DNA of 63,232 nucleotides, the filler included, from Collodictyon triciliatum (lineage: Eukaryota): NCBI GenBank assembly GCA_043381765.1. It is 6 parts of 6 records of this genome, joined end to end, with 100 filler letters (N's around TTAATTAATTAA, not from the genome) between each part and the next. Parts side by side here need not be neighbours in the genome. Positions count along the whole stretch, not along the records: positions 58,862 to 63,232 come from JBHJMP010000077.1; 5 more parts are not named here. One strand, written 5' to 3'. Position numbers and translations under genes: made by a program. This document shows, piece after piece, positions 62,401-63,232 of this stretch (positions within the stretch are counted from its first letter, which is position 1; every line of letters starts with the position of its first letter). The notes beneath the pieces were generated by a model. That model made no database searches. It was not told the DNA's origin and saw only the letters and a list, made by a program, of their open reading frames with translations.

Positions 62401-63017
62401 ATATATTGGCGCGACGCGTCCATTCCATTCGCCAAAACTCGGACGAACTCAGGACAAGCGCACCGGCAACCAAGCGCCCCAGCCACGGACAAAGCCAACT
62501 CTCTCTTGGTCCAAAGAACACTACAATCCAGCCACAATCACCCATACAGGCCCACCCTCCATCCCATCCCCGCGCGCATATGTCATTGCGAAGTCGGTCC
62601 GAAGATTACAGCGGTCATCCCCAAGCACCGTTTTTTTCCACCGCTCATCAAGGCCACATCAAAGACACCAACGAACGTCGCAAATGCAAGTACAAATATC
62701 AAGCAAGCGGTAAATGCGGTGCTGATGGTGTCGATGAGCTCGCTGACAAGCTGGAAGATTTCATGCAAGCGCTCCACAACTACCAGTCACGCCAAGATGA
62801 AAGCCTTAGCCCTGCGCGCACTGAGGATGGAAAAGTACGGATATCACCGCACCCGCCGCTGTGTCTGCCTATTGAGGATGCAAATATCTTGGGTTTGGAA
62901 AGTGTTCTGGAGAGTCATGAAACGAAAAGGGTCACGCCCAGAAGTGCGCGTGGAGTTCGCTCTCGAGGAGGAAGCGCCTCGTTTAGGTCGGTAGAACTTA
63001 ACCGCGCCTCGAGTTGA
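59410..63017 (+). CDS. Hypothetical multi-exon protein with degenerate EF-hand-like region and long low-complexity terminal exon
   Basis: Exons DLFQALGHPI..VTTDQFNSML and VRLSFYLHEG..VLR|LADRVATGKL..VQLYEFLDL, plus a 333-codon open terminal frame ending at 63017. Confidence 0.55.
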
Positions 63018-63141
63018 TTTGCACTGTTTGACCCAACTTGTGTGCATGCGCCAGAGAAATCTAATGGGAGCTGCTGTTTGATAATTTTTGTCGAAAAGAA
63101 TAATGGTATGTGTAAAGGGGTTCTCCTTTTCTTTTCTTTTC

Positions 63142-63216
<75 letters not shown>

Positions 63217-63232
63217 TGATTCTTTTTTTTTT

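Overview
Eukaryotic nuclear DNA from an AT-rich, intron-dense protist. It is probably amoebozoan-like, judging by a Dictyostelium-type RasGEF, an OCRL/Dd5P4-type phosphatase and a STAT-type SH2-like motif. COQ9 points to aerobic mitochondria and DNAAF6 to a motile flagellum. The window is not contiguous: it is six contigs joined by artificial N-TTAATTAATTAA-N linkers, with many N gaps and intronic microsatellites. Genes rebuilt by manual splicing are GCP2, an F-box/SH2-like protein, a receptor class III nucleotide cyclase, DNAAF6/PIH1D3, an atypical kinase, COQ9, OCRL/INPP5B, JKAMP, a RasGEF, RPL36, a myosin motor and several hypothetical genes. The most notable observations are: (1) two or three families of tiny poly(A)-tailed insertions with ~17-bp target-site duplications, including a fixed ~19-nt hairpin element seen 7 times; (2) a probable 2-nt micro-exon in the RasGEF catalytic domain; (3) U12 minor-spliceosome introns, one clear AT-AC and two GT-AG candidates; (4) GC-AG introns and frequent AAG acceptors; (5) a Cya2-like, probably guanylyl, cyclase with two apparent reading-frame lesions. 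All gene models are manual and unverified by RNA data.
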